A stretch of DNA of 63,997 bases, counting the filler. It is 7 parts of 7 records of this genome, joined end to end, with 100 filler letters (N's around TTAATTAATTAA, not from the genome) between each part and the next. Parts side by side here need not be neighbours in the genome. Positions count along the whole stretch, not along the records: positions 1 to 5,599 come from SRR31147125_42565; positions 5,700 to 18,215 come from SRR31147125_42566; 5 more parts are not named here. One strand, written 5' to 3'. A program made the translations under genes and the position numbers. Numbering within the stretch: the first letter of the stretch is position 1; the number at the start of each line of letters is the position of its first letter. The notes under the pieces were generated by a model. The model was not told where the DNA came from. It was given only the letters and a program-made list of their open reading frames with translations, and did not search any database. Positions 1 to 10,056 of the stretch are shown piece after piece.

Positions 1-133
1 GAACCCATGAGCGTGAGGTTTTTCATATAAAAAAAAGGCTCACAGCCGAAGCCTGGTGATGGTTCGTGTGTTGTTGTGTCGGATCGCTCGACATGGCGGT
101 TATGCCGAAAACGTAGTTTCTTCAAAAGCGTGA

Positions 134-1889
134 CTACTCTAAAAGCAGCAAGCCGAGATATTTGATGTACTGCCCTTTTTCTTTGAGGGGCGACAGGGAT
201 ATTCCCGCGCGATGGGCTGACTCATAGACATCGATACCGGACGCCTCCATGGCGGGCCGGGCTTTGTCCGGGTAACGACAAATGCCTTCAGGCGGACAGG
301 CCGGACAGATGGTGCAGGGACCGGCCCCAAATACGAACGCTTTGTGATATCCTGACAAGAAGGCTTTTCGCTCCATTTCCAGCAGCATGTCGTGGAATTC
401 TTTGCCGGGGGAGCCCCCTCCAGAAGGATGGCATGGGTATACTCACCGAGCATCTCTGCGGTTTCCTGATGCGTCATACCGTGGGGGGGACAGTGCTGTT
501 TTTCTCCATATTTACTGCAACCGCATTCACATTTTTTCTGACCCATGGTGCGGTGACCACATCGGTCGGGGAAATCGGGACGGCGTTGGTGAATCCTATT
601 TGAATGGCGGTGACGATCCATCGGGTCAAAGGATCATTGATGGTGCCGCTTCCTCCAAGGACAATGAGGGATGAGTCCGTTGAAAGATCCACTATCTCCA
701 CCTGCTCCAGGATATCCGAATGTCGACGCATATCGGAAAAATCGGCATCCTTGAGCCATTGCAGGATGGTGGAAACTTCGTGACATGCTCCGTTGTAGGT
801 GTTGAGCATCATGGTAAGGTCGTAGAGGGCCCCCTTTTCCGGGGAGCGTCCCCGGCGATCGGGGAAATAATCATGGATGAGTATCATACCTGTCTCATCC
901 AGCAGGGAGAGTGCTTTATAAAAGAGTTCCCTTGACTCATTCGGTCCGTAGGCATGAAGAAAATTACTCAGGATGATCACTCCGAAGGCGGCTGAGGCAT
1001 CACCCGAAGTATCAATAGAGCTGTCAAATGGATGGGATCTGAAGTCTCCGGTCATGGTTTCGATTCCCTCCCACTGATCCGGGTCGGGATAGATCGCTTT
1101 GGCCGCCTCAATGACCTCAGATAGGTCGAAAAGTACCGCTTTTTGCTCCACTGAATGGAAGGAAACAGAAAGATGGGGCTCGTCCGTGTGAGCCGGGTCG
1201 ATGTGTCGGGTTAACAAAGGCCATATGGATCGGATCATGCTCCCGGCCCCCCCACCCACATCCAGAACAGGGCAGTGGAGAGACTCGCCCTTCAGAAGCT
1301 GCCGGATTTCCTCCCCTTTTTGTCTAACCAGCGTGTCCATGGCTTTGACATAGCGGAAGTTTCGTTCTTTGTAATCCGCCTCATGATCCGGAATAGCTTT
1401 TGATTCCAAAGCTGCCGCTGTTTTGTTTGACGGATCGGCTTCATTTGAAGCGTTTTTTAAAGGAGGAGAGGCATCGGCGGTGTCCTCCGGGGAGTCATCC
1501 TTCAGGCAGAGCCGACCGAAAAGCTTGGCCCAATTGGGTTGCATATTCTGACGGTAGAGAAAAAAGTCTCCCATATAGTCGGGCTTGTCCGGCACCAGAT
1601 AGCGGCTGGACATACGGGTATTGAACCACTCGTTCTCGTATCTTCCGATGAGCGCCATGCGTTCCATGGCGCGGAGTAATCGGGAGAGTTCACCGGAATG
1701 GTTGATTTGGCATTGGGTTGCCAGAGACGGAAGGGTCGAAATGCCCTGATCAAGGTATTTGAAAATTCCAAGGTGCAAGGCGGCAAAGAGGACTTCCGAT
1801 TGCCAGTAAGCCGTGGCAATATCTTCAAGATATTGAAAATCGGTGTGTGCGGGATCCTTTTTTTGAAAACCGGGGGATATCATGGGCAT
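134..1889 (-). CDS. SAM-dependent O-methyltransferase (Methyltransf_2 type with dimerisation domain) fused to a C-terminal DUF2284 Cys-rich metal-binding domain; two apparent frameshifts
   Basis: Motifs YWQSEVLFAALHLGIF, VLDVGGGAG, SNFLHAY. ORFs 474-1889, 139-621 and 134-388 join if one base is added in the T run at 532-537 and one in the G run at 407-411, giving VVTAPWVRKKCECGC..YG...CPP and GAGPCTICPAC...CRYP..ARPAMEASGIDV. Confidence 0.8.
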
Positions 1890-1978
1890 AAAACGATCAT
1901 CCGAAATTTTTAAACGATAGTGGCTGGTTTGTTAACAAAATCGGAGCAAGATATCCCAAGGTATGGGTGTTGTCAAAT

Positions 1979-4900
1979 TTAAAGATCATACCCGTATAAC
2001 AGCATTTGCGCGAATGTGACATCATCCACCGCTTTACTGAAGAGAAATCCCTGTCCGAAATCACATCCCATCTCTTTGAGAAGGTCGAACTGTTCCCGGG
2101 TTTCGATACCTTCAGCCACCACCTTCATCTCCATATTGTGGGCCATGGAGATAATGGCTTTGACAATGGCGGCGTCTTTTTTGCTTTTTAAGATATCTTT
2201 GACAAACATGCGATCCACTTTGACCACATCCACCGGAAGGGTTTTGAGATAGGTGAGGGATGAGTAGCCGGTACCGAAATCGTCAACAGAGATATTGAGA
2301 CCGATTTCCTTCAACTGGTTGAGAATGTCCAGAGTTTCATTGCTGCGATCGGCCAGGACACTTTCCGTCAGTTCCACCTCGATCAAGTCGGGGCTCAGTT
2401 GATAGAGTTGAAGCATCTCAATGATTTTATGGGGAATTTCCTGCTCCACAAAGTGCATGCTGGAGATATTGACGGCAATGCGTACCGGCTTGACGCCTGA
2501 TTTATGCCACACCAGTTGCTGTTTTCCCGTCTCTCGAATGACCCAGTCGGTAAAGGGGATGATCAATCCCAGCTCTTCGATGGCCGGAATGAACATGGCC
2601 GGAGGGACCTGTCCTATCCGTTTGTTTTTCCATCGAGTCAACGCTTCGGCACCAATGATGCTACCGTTTGCCATGGAAACCTGGGGCTGGTAGAAGAGGG
2701 TGAACTCGCCGGTCATGACGGCATTTCTCAACTCATTTTCAAATTTGAGCCGCTCACTCGCCTGGATATTGAGCTCTTTTTCAAAGTACTGGAATCGATC
2801 TTTTCCCTTTTCTTTGGCATGATACATGGCCAGATCTGCGTTTTTCATGAGAGATTCGGCATCCAGACCATCCAGAGGGAACATACTGATCCCGATGCTG
2901 GTCGAGATAAACACCTCCTGATCTTTGAGCACGATAAAGGGGTTTGCAAGGGCTTTATTGAGCCGTCCGGCGATTCGACCCGCATCGCTGGCCACTCTCA
3001 GCCCCGGAAGCATCACGGTGAATTCATCACCTCCCTGACGGGAAACATAAGTTCTGTAAAGCGTTTGTTTGGGCTTGGCAATGCAGTCCGTATCCCGGAT
3101 ACACTCTTTGATTCGTGCAGCAGCCAGGCGAAGCAGCTCATCCCCTGCATGGTGACCGAGAGTGTCGTTGATGATTTTAAATCGATCGAGATCCATATAA
3201 AGGACCGCCAGCAGCTCATCCTTTTCCCGGCACTGGATCAAAGCGCGGTCCAGAGCTTCACGAAACATGATCCGGTTGGCAAGTCCGGTGAGGTGATCGA
3301 AGTAAGCCAGTTCCTGGATCTGTTTTTGTTTGGCGATCACATCAAGAAATGCATTGCTGGCCCGTATCATATATTTCAGACGATAGATGAGCATCACCCA
3401 GTTGATGGGCTTACTGATAAAATCGGTGGCACCGGCCTCGAATGCCTGGTGAATGGAGTCGACATCATCCAGACCGGTCATCATCAAAATGGGAAGATGC
3501 TCGCCGCCCGGCAGCTCCCGAAGCTTCCGGCAGGTCTCGAACCCGTTCATCTCCGGCATGATGACATCCAAGAGCACCACATCCGGCCGATGTTCTTGAT
3601 ATCGGGTCAGGGCATTTCGACCGTTATCCGCCTCAATGGTGCGAAATCCCTCATGCTCCAATGCCGCTTGAACGAGCAATCTGGCTGATAGATCATCATC
3701 CACGATGAGCATCAGGGGCGGCAGATCAAGTTCGGACTCTTCCTCTTCAATGGGTGTTTCCGTTTCATCCGGTGGATTTAAATAGAGATCCAGATGGGTT
3801 TGGGCCTCTTGAAATGCCTCTTTCATACGAGTCAACCGGTTTTCCGAACCATCCAGCATATTTTTATGACCGGCAGCTTCCATCTCATTGGCCAGGGCCG
3901 ACAGGTTCATGGCACCGAGGTTGGCGCTGCCGGACTTCATGGAATGGGCGATGCTTCGAACGGTCTCGGCATCCCGGGAGGCCACGGCGGTTGACAACGT
4001 TTCCAGATGACGTGAGGATTCATTGATGAATGTTTCAATCACCCGCTTCAACAGATCGTCGGCATTGTCCGGCTGAAGATCGCGGATGGCATCCAGCATC
4101 CGGGTGTCGATGATTTTTTGCCTGGAAGATCCGTTACCATGGGGTGTCGACTGTGGTGAAGATGTCATCGGCAAAGACTCCTTTGGGGTCAGCTCTCTTT
4201 GCTGGATTGCAGTGGATTCTGTTTCTATTTCTGCCTTAGGTTCCGGCTCTGTTTCAGCCATGGGTTCATTTTGTGGGCAAAGGCGATCGGGCAGCCACGT
4301 TTCAAACACGGCAACCATCTGCTCTTTTCGAAACGGTTTAACCAGGTAATCGTTCATTCCCACGTCTAAACATTTTTCCCGATCACCGCTCAGGGCATGG
4401 GCGGTCAGAGCGATGATCGGAATGGGATGATCATTACTGCCCCGGATACCCATCCGGCGAATCCGTTCTGTTGCCTGATACCCGTCCATGTTGGGCATCT
4501 GGCAATCCATGAAGATCATGTCATAGGGTTGCTTCTTTATGGTTTCAAGGGCGTTAATGCCGTCAATGGCAAGATCCACCCGACACCCCAAGTTTTTCAA
4601 CGTTCCCATGGAGACAAGCTGATTGGTGGGGTTATCTTCCACCAGAAGGATTTTTGGAGGGGGCGGATTCGAGAAATTTTCAGGGAGGGGCACAGAGGAT
4701 TTTGTTTCAGGGGGCGGTCGTGTCGAGATGTTTGGATATTGTCCATTTTCCTGGCGTTTTTGATCACTCACACCGGTATTATCGGGTAAATCACCGGGCA
4801 GATTTTTCCTCGATTCCGTGAGCTCCGTTGCTGCATGACGGTCGGGGCGCTCATGGGGCGATTGTTCGTCGGTGTATAGGGGAATCCCATTGGAAATCCC

Positions 4901-5599
4901 GTTGTTTTTTGCCTGGTTCAGCGGGATTTTGGGGAACTTGAGCTCCAGTTGAAATGTCGTTCCCACGCCCGGTTGACTGCGGCATGTGAGGACTCCCCCA
5001 TCAAATCGGTCAGTTGTTTGGAGATGGCCAACCCGAGTCCTGTGCCGCCAAACTCTCGTGTGGTGGAGTCATCGGCCTGGGTAAATGGTTTGAAGAGTTT
5101 CTCCACAGCCCTTTTGTCCATTCCGATTCCGCTATCTTCAACAGAAAAGCGAACAGTGATCTCCTGATCATTTTCCTTCAGTGTCGTCAGGGTGACCGTG
5201 ACGGTGCCTTTATGGGTAAATTTAACGGCATTGGAAATCAGGTTCAATAAAATCTGCCTGATTCTCACCGGATCCGCGCTGATATCAGGATGGTGAATCT
5301 CATGGCTATTGACGATAAGGTCCAGCCCTTTGGATGCCGCACGATGGGTCAATATTTGAATGGTATCTTTCAGAAGATCCAATAGATGGCAGTCAACGCG
5401 TTCAATGGAGAGTTTTCCGGCTTCGATTTTGGAAAAATCGAGAATGTCGTTCAAAATGGTCAACAGGGAATCCCCTGATGATCGAATGGTATTGACATAT
5501 GAGAGCTGATCGCCACTCAATGTGGTATCCAACAGCAGTTCCGCCATGCCCAGAACACCGTTCATGGGAGTCCGGATTTCATGGCTCATGTTGGCAAGA
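1979..5599 (-). CDS. Hybrid sensor kinase/c-di-GMP enzyme HisKA-HATPase-REC-HPt-REC-GGDEF-EAL; 5' truncated by contig end, one apparent frameshift
   Basis: MSHEIRTPMNG, NLISNAVKF, DSGIG, GGTGLGL; REC domains MIFMDCQMP and VLLDVIMP; HPt AHSMKSGSANLGA; RQGGDEF; AEAL and DDFGTGYSSL. One added base in the C run at 4995-4999 joins ORF 4918-5589 to ORF 1979-4966 (LMGGVLTCRSQPGVGTTF). Confidence 0.88.
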
Positions 5600-5699
5600 N
5601 NNNNNNNNNNNNNNNNNNNNNNNNNNNNNNNNNNNNNNNNNNNTTAATTAATTAANNNNNNNNNNNNNNNNNNNNNNNNNNNNNNNNNNNNNNNNNNNN
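5600..5699. other. Artificial contig spacer
   Basis: N run + TTAATTAATTAA + N run, 100 nt; composition shifts across it. Confidence 0.99.
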
Positions 5700-5747
5700 A
5701 AAAAGGCCTTTTTTGCTCCGTCACTATTTACTCCGTCACCGGGGGAT

Positions 5748-6497
5748 CTAAAGAATAATGCCGGCTTGACTGACGAGATCGGATCCCATGTTTTTATGTA
5801 TCTCATCAGAAGTAATAAGGGTTTCTATATAGTAGTGTTTAGCGTCAGAGAGCTTTATGAGATGAGGAATTATATCCTTACCTTTTACGCTTGGATCAAT
5901 CTCAGTACTTGACCAAAGCCCCTTCTTTACTACTTTCATTTTGTGTGTGAATTGATTAGCTGTGAAATCTAGAATGTACTCCTCACCATCTAATTCAATA
6001 ATATTAAAATAGTGAAGGCTTCCATCATAATTGCCTTTGGCTATCTTAACGGGGATGCCTTCTTCCTTAAGAAGTAGAGCGACAGCTGCTGACATGACAG
6101 AGCAGGCGAGCGGATAGAGCCCAGACCTATTTCTATAGTAATCTAAAAGAATAGCTCCGTTATTTGATAGAAAGCCTAAAAGTTTTTTCTGATCCTTTGT
6201 GGGTTTTATTTTAAATCCATGTTCCTTTAGAATCGATTGAATTGCCTTAAACTTTTTTGGCAGAAGTTTTGAGCAGGTCTGTTTTCCTTTTGAAGATGTG
6301 CAATTAAGTAATTTTTCTAATTCGTCTTTGGCAATTTGATTGTCTTTCAGGGCCGAGTTTACCTCGTCTGAATTGTTAGGATTAACATCTTGAAGATAAT
6401 TTGCAATAAGGTTAAAAGCCGATTTGTCCAGCTTGATACCGTTAACAGAATACCTTTTAACAATATTTCCCTTAGAATCTAGTGTTATCTTTGCCAT
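5748..6497 (-). CDS. Hypothetical protein with a transglutaminase/papain-like Cys-His-Asp motif
   Basis: ACSVMSAAVALLLKEEG...GNYDGSLHYFNIIELDGEEYILDFTANQF. ATG at 6497 preferred over TTG at 6518, which overlaps a promoter-like box. Confidence 0.6.
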   Translation of the reverse strand: MAKITLDSKGNIVKRYSVNGIKLDKSAFNLIANYLQDVNPNNSDEVNSALKDNQIAKDELEKLLNCTSSKGKQTCSKLLPKKFKAIQSILKEHGFKIKPTKDQKKLLGFLSNNGAILLDYYRNRSGLYPLACSVMSAAVALLLKEEGIPVKIAKGNYDGSLHYFNIIELDGEEYILDFTANQFTHKMKVVKKGLWSSTEIDPSVKGKDIIPHLIKLSDAKHYYIETLITSDEIHKNMGSDLVSQAGIIL

Positions 6498-6508
6498 CTC
6501 ATCTTCAC

Positions 6509-6534
6509 TTATCGGCAAAAAATCAAAGAAGTTG
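6509..6534 (-). promoter_or_regulatory. Putative sigma28 (FliA)-type promoter
   Basis: Minus strand reads CAAC-N14-GCCGATAA; the -10 box is a perfect FliA match, 11 nt before the ATG; the -35 is non-canonical. Confidence 0.5.
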
Positions 6535-6698
6535 CTTCTTTTGCTTGTGGTGAATCACAGTGAAACAAAAAACGTCATTTTGTTTAATTGTAAGTTCCTG
6601 CGTTAAGAACTTGTTATTCCTCTTGTTTCCCAAGTTCATGCTTTCTAACTGAGTGTATTTGTGCGAAATTGTGTATAGAAATTACCAATAAATACACA

Positions 6699-6725
6699 CA
6701 ACACTATAGAGATTTAAGCCGATAA
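6699..6725 (+). promoter_or_regulatory. Putative sigma28 (FliA)-type promoter
   Basis: CAAC-N15-GCCGATAA upstream of the ATG at 6773; same architecture as the divergent copy. Confidence 0.5.
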
Positions 6726-6772
6726 TGCCTTAGAAGACCTTATTGAGGGTGTTAATTTCTAAGGATAGTTAA

Positions 6773-8500
6773 ATGGTAGATTTTATTAAAAAAGTTAATA
6801 GCGCAAAGCTTCGAGAATCAGATGGTGTCCTGTTTTCAGAACAGAAAAAGGTTGATTCTGATACTTTAGATTGTTTTGGTGACAGCTTTTTAGTAACTCT
6901 TTGGTATAAAGAGACTTTTCAATGTTCTCCTCTATGGATGCCCATTCAAGATATTCCTACATGTGTAGACAATGACTATTCCGGTTTAGTAATAGGGACA
7001 GTTAAGATTGAACCGGACTATGATCCAAAGCAGATGGATATCTCAGTTCGTTGTTTTGCCGATGAGGTCAAGCTTGAGAAGAAGGTTGAGTACTCCGAGC
7101 TTATGGATCTAAAGACAGCAAGGATGGTTGCCAGAAATATGGCCCCAGATGACAAGGCCGTTGCGATAATTAAAGAAGATCACTCAGATGGAAGCATCTA
7201 TTATTCAGTATATACATTGGATCAAGAAATAAAGCCGGAGTATGAAGTTGGAAATAGTGGTCTTACCTTTTACAATTTTGCAAAAAAAGGTATTTCAGAG
7301 AAATATCCCATAAGTGTCGTTGAAATTTATTCGGGAAATAAAACTCCCTTATCCCAATCGATAATTGACCTAGAAAGGCCAACTCCTTTTCCGACGGTTG
7401 ATGAACCGGTCCTTTGTATGGCAAAGGGAAGTGTCTTAATGTATCGGCCTGCGGATTCTTTAGAAAAAGCAGATAAAGTTATCGGAAAGATGATTACTTA
7501 TGCATATCATACAGTTTTGCCACTTTCATCAGATTCAATAAATAAGCAGAATTTAAGTTATCGTCTAAAAGGTTCAATAGATTATGACTCTCTCTTAGGG
7601 CCTGATAAAACTTATGGTCTTCATCCAAAGATTGGGCAAATGACTAAAGAAGATGTAAGTTATCTTGGATATTTTGCAGGCGAGGCCAAAAGTGCAGAGT
7701 CTATTTTTAGATTGGATGTTACAACACTAGACCTCCTTATTCCGGAGCAACGAGCAGAGTATCTCAAGACAATAATTAAATCTGACAAGTCTAATGTGGA
7801 TAAGTGTATTGGTGTTCTTGGTCTCTTTCAGACTATTCCTACCAAAGACCCCTTAAGAGATTACAAGACGGAAACATTTTCTGTACTAAAAATACTTAAA
7901 AAAGATGGGTTATTGAATGGTCTTCTTGATGTTTGCGAAGATCAGTCTCGAATTTCGTTGCTTTTGACTCTAGATAAGCTGGGTGTTCCAGATAATACTT
8001 TTGATGTCTCGGTAAGTGATTCGCTTAATTATTTTGGATGGGGTTTGGCTAAGGGAACGGTTGGTTTTGTTGAGCGAACAAAACATATGCTCGCAGATCC
8101 TCTTGGGACCTTTGTTCCGATGGTTGGTCTTTTAGGCCAGTATGTTGTTGATAATCTGATTGTTGGAGTGGTCGGTTATAATAATTTTACCAAAGATGCA
8201 TTTAATAGAAAAAACAAGTTTGAAAATGCTATTTCATCAATTTGGGAAAAATACAAAGAAGGATGGAAGGTCTCATATCGACTTGGTGCGGGCCCTGTTA
8301 TAGCTAGCGATATGCTGGGGAAAGTAACCCCAGATGTTTTAATGACTGCCGCTTTTCTGGGTGGAAGCGTTGAAAAGTGGAGTAGTTCAATTGGTCTTCT
8401 TCAAAAAAGTAAAAAAATGTCAATAATTAGTAATTCAATAAAAGGGTATAGTGTTTCAGCACGGCGTTGGGCAACTATGCTAACGGCGTTGCCGTTATAG
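6773..8500 (+). CDS. Hypothetical protein with a C-terminal Gly-rich hydrophobic, pre-toxin-like region
   Basis: 575-aa ORF, no signal peptide; segments GWGLAKGTVGFV...MVGLLG and MLGKVTPDVLMTAAFLGG; same frame as the next ORF. Confidence 0.6.
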   Translation: MVDFIKKVNSAKLRESDGVLFSEQKKVDSDTLDCFGDSFLVTLWYKETFQCSPLWMPIQDIPTCVDNDYSGLVIGTVKIEPDYDPKQMDISVRCFADEVKLEKKVEYSELMDLKTARMVARNMAPDDKAVAIIKEDHSDGSIYYSVYTLDQEIKPEYEVGNSGLTFYNFAKKGISEKYPISVVEIYSGNKTPLSQSIIDLERPTPFPTVDEPVLCMAKGSVLMYRPADSLEKADKVIGKMITYAYHTVLPLSSDSINKQNLSYRLKGSIDYDSLLGPDKTYGLHPKIGQMTKEDVSYLGYFAGEAKSAESIFRLDVTTLDLLIPEQRAEYLKTIIKSDKSNVDKCIGVLGLFQTIPTKDPLRDYKTETFSVLKILKKDGLLNGLLDVCEDQSRISLLLTLDKLGVPDNTFDVSVSDSLNYFGWGLAKGTVGFVERTKHMLADPLGTFVPMVGLLGQYVVDNLIVGVVGYNNFTKDAFNRKNKFENAISSIWEKYKEGWKVSYRLGAGPVIASDMLGKVTPDVLMTAAFLGGSVEKWSSSIGLLQKSKKMSIISNSIKGYSVSARRWATMLTALPL

Positions 8501-8509
8501 GAGGTTTTT

Positions 8510-9973
8510 ATGGGTGTAGACTCAATAATTGGAAAGATTCAGGGTTTTATTAAAGTTGTTAAGGCAGCAAAGTATAGTGAGGTTGAAAAAGGTGAGTTGT
8601 TAGCAGGCCTCTCAAAGGCAAAAAAATTAGCTAATAAACGCGGCAAGTCTTTTTTTGGCCTTGGTAAGTCTTACAGTTCAAAGGCTTCAAAGCTTTTGGA
8701 TAAGATTAAGGCAAAGCATGGCCAGTTGGCAAAGGTTGAACTTAAGAATTCTCCTGCTGTGAAATTGCAGATGGGTGCAAAGGAAGTGTGGAGTGAAGGT
8801 ACGATGGCTATCACCTCAGCTAAAAAAGTTCCAATTGGTAAAACTGCTAAGCTTGAAAATCATGTAACTCACAGAATCGACGGCATAAATATTGATTTTA
8901 CAGAAGTTGCTATGGGAAAAGGTGCTAAGCCTATTAAGTTATGGGTTCAGCGAGGTTCAGAAAAAGTAATGGGAAATACTATTTATACTTATGATAGTGC
9001 TATGACTGGTAAACACCCACATTGCAAGATTGTTTTCGACACTCAAACAGGAAAAATCCAAGTTTTTGATAGTTCAACAAATGGAACATGGGTAAATGGG
9101 AAGAAGATTCATAACAATAATAAAGATTTTTTAGTAAAGGATCAAAAAGGTCTCCTTGTTTTGCGTGCTGGTAAAACTCATATTCGAATATCATTGCCAA
9201 CAACAGGGTCTTCTGTGAAGCCAAGTGTTCCTCATAGTTTTAAAGGTGTAACGGCTAAAAAACCGAGTGCTGGTAAAACCATTAATCCAAATCATCATGG
9301 AATAAATGATGATCACGCCATAATGATTCCTGTAGAAAAAATTGTCGCGTACGAGGAGGCTATGAAAACTACAGCTTTCATTAATGAGGGAAAATTATTA
9401 CCACTTTTTAAGAAAACCGTAAAAATTGACGATGTAAATGTTGCTTTAAAGGTTAACGGTGGAATCCAGATAGCCATAACGCCTAAAAACCCGGTTGTTT
9501 CAGGGTCTTTATCAGTTGTTTTTCCTGAAGGGACGCCTGTTGGGCAGATGACAGCTGTTATAGATATGCTTCAGAGAAATGTTAAGCCATTTCATATTGT
9601 TTCATCTCATCCAACATTTAAAGTTAAGGTAGTATTTAAGTCGCCTGAAAAGTGGAGTCAGATGGTTGAGATGTACGGAATGACGAAGTATTATCTTGAA
9701 GATGGTGTTGTTTCGTTTAGCAACTTGTCTGGACAATCAACTGCAATGATGAGTGCTTGGGGTAGAAGAGGCCAGGGTATAATTGGTGAATGTTCTAGCT
9801 CTATTGGTGCTGTTCCTCAAGAGTTAGAAATTGCTCTGCCCTGGAATGGGGATTTAAAGGGGCTTCATAAAACATATAAGAATGCCGTCCTAAAGACCAA
9901 GCAAGCCATTGGTGAAGATTTGAAAGGTGCGGATGCTTTTATAAAGAGTTCAATGCAAGATATTTTTAAATAG
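8510..9973 (+). CDS. Basic protein with a degenerate FHA domain and an unknown C-terminal domain
   Basis: HCKIVFD...IQVFDSSTNGTWVNGKKI fits the FHA C-terminal motif; AGGAGG lies 5 nt upstream of the ATG. Confidence 0.6.
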   Translation: MGVDSIIGKIQGFIKVVKAAKYSEVEKGELLAGLSKAKKLANKRGKSFFGLGKSYSSKASKLLDKIKAKHGQLAKVELKNSPAVKLQMGAKEVWSEGTMAITSAKKVPIGKTAKLENHVTHRIDGINIDFTEVAMGKGAKPIKLWVQRGSEKVMGNTIYTYDSAMTGKHPHCKIVFDTQTGKIQVFDSSTNGTWVNGKKIHNNNKDFLVKDQKGLLVLRAGKTHIRISLPTTGSSVKPSVPHSFKGVTAKKPSAGKTINPNHHGINDDHAIMIPVEKIVAYEEAMKTTAFINEGKLLPLFKKTVKIDDVNVALKVNGGIQIAITPKNPVVSGSLSVVFPEGTPVGQMTAVIDMLQRNVKPFHIVSSHPTFKVKVVFKSPEKWSQMVEMYGMTKYYLEDGVVSFSNLSGQSTAMMSAWGRRGQGIIGECSSSIGAVPQELEIALPWNGDLKGLHKTYKNAVLKTKQAIGEDLKGADAFIKSSMQDIFK

Positions 9974-10001
9974 TAGTGATATGGTATTTAAAAAGTAAAA
10001 C

Positions 10002-10034
10002 AACAAAGGCACATCTTTCAGATGTGCCCTTGTT
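10002..10034. terminator. Intrinsic terminator hairpin between convergent genes
   Basis: AACAAAGGCACATCT-TTC-AGATGTGCCCTTGTT. Confidence 0.75.
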
Positions 10035-10056
10035 TATTATGGTTATGTTTTTAAAT

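Noticed and set aside
2504-3688. 394-aa plus-strand ORF and similar overlapping ORFs in contigs 1 and 3
   Set aside because: Antisense or alternate-frame shadows of well-supported genes, with no motifs of their own
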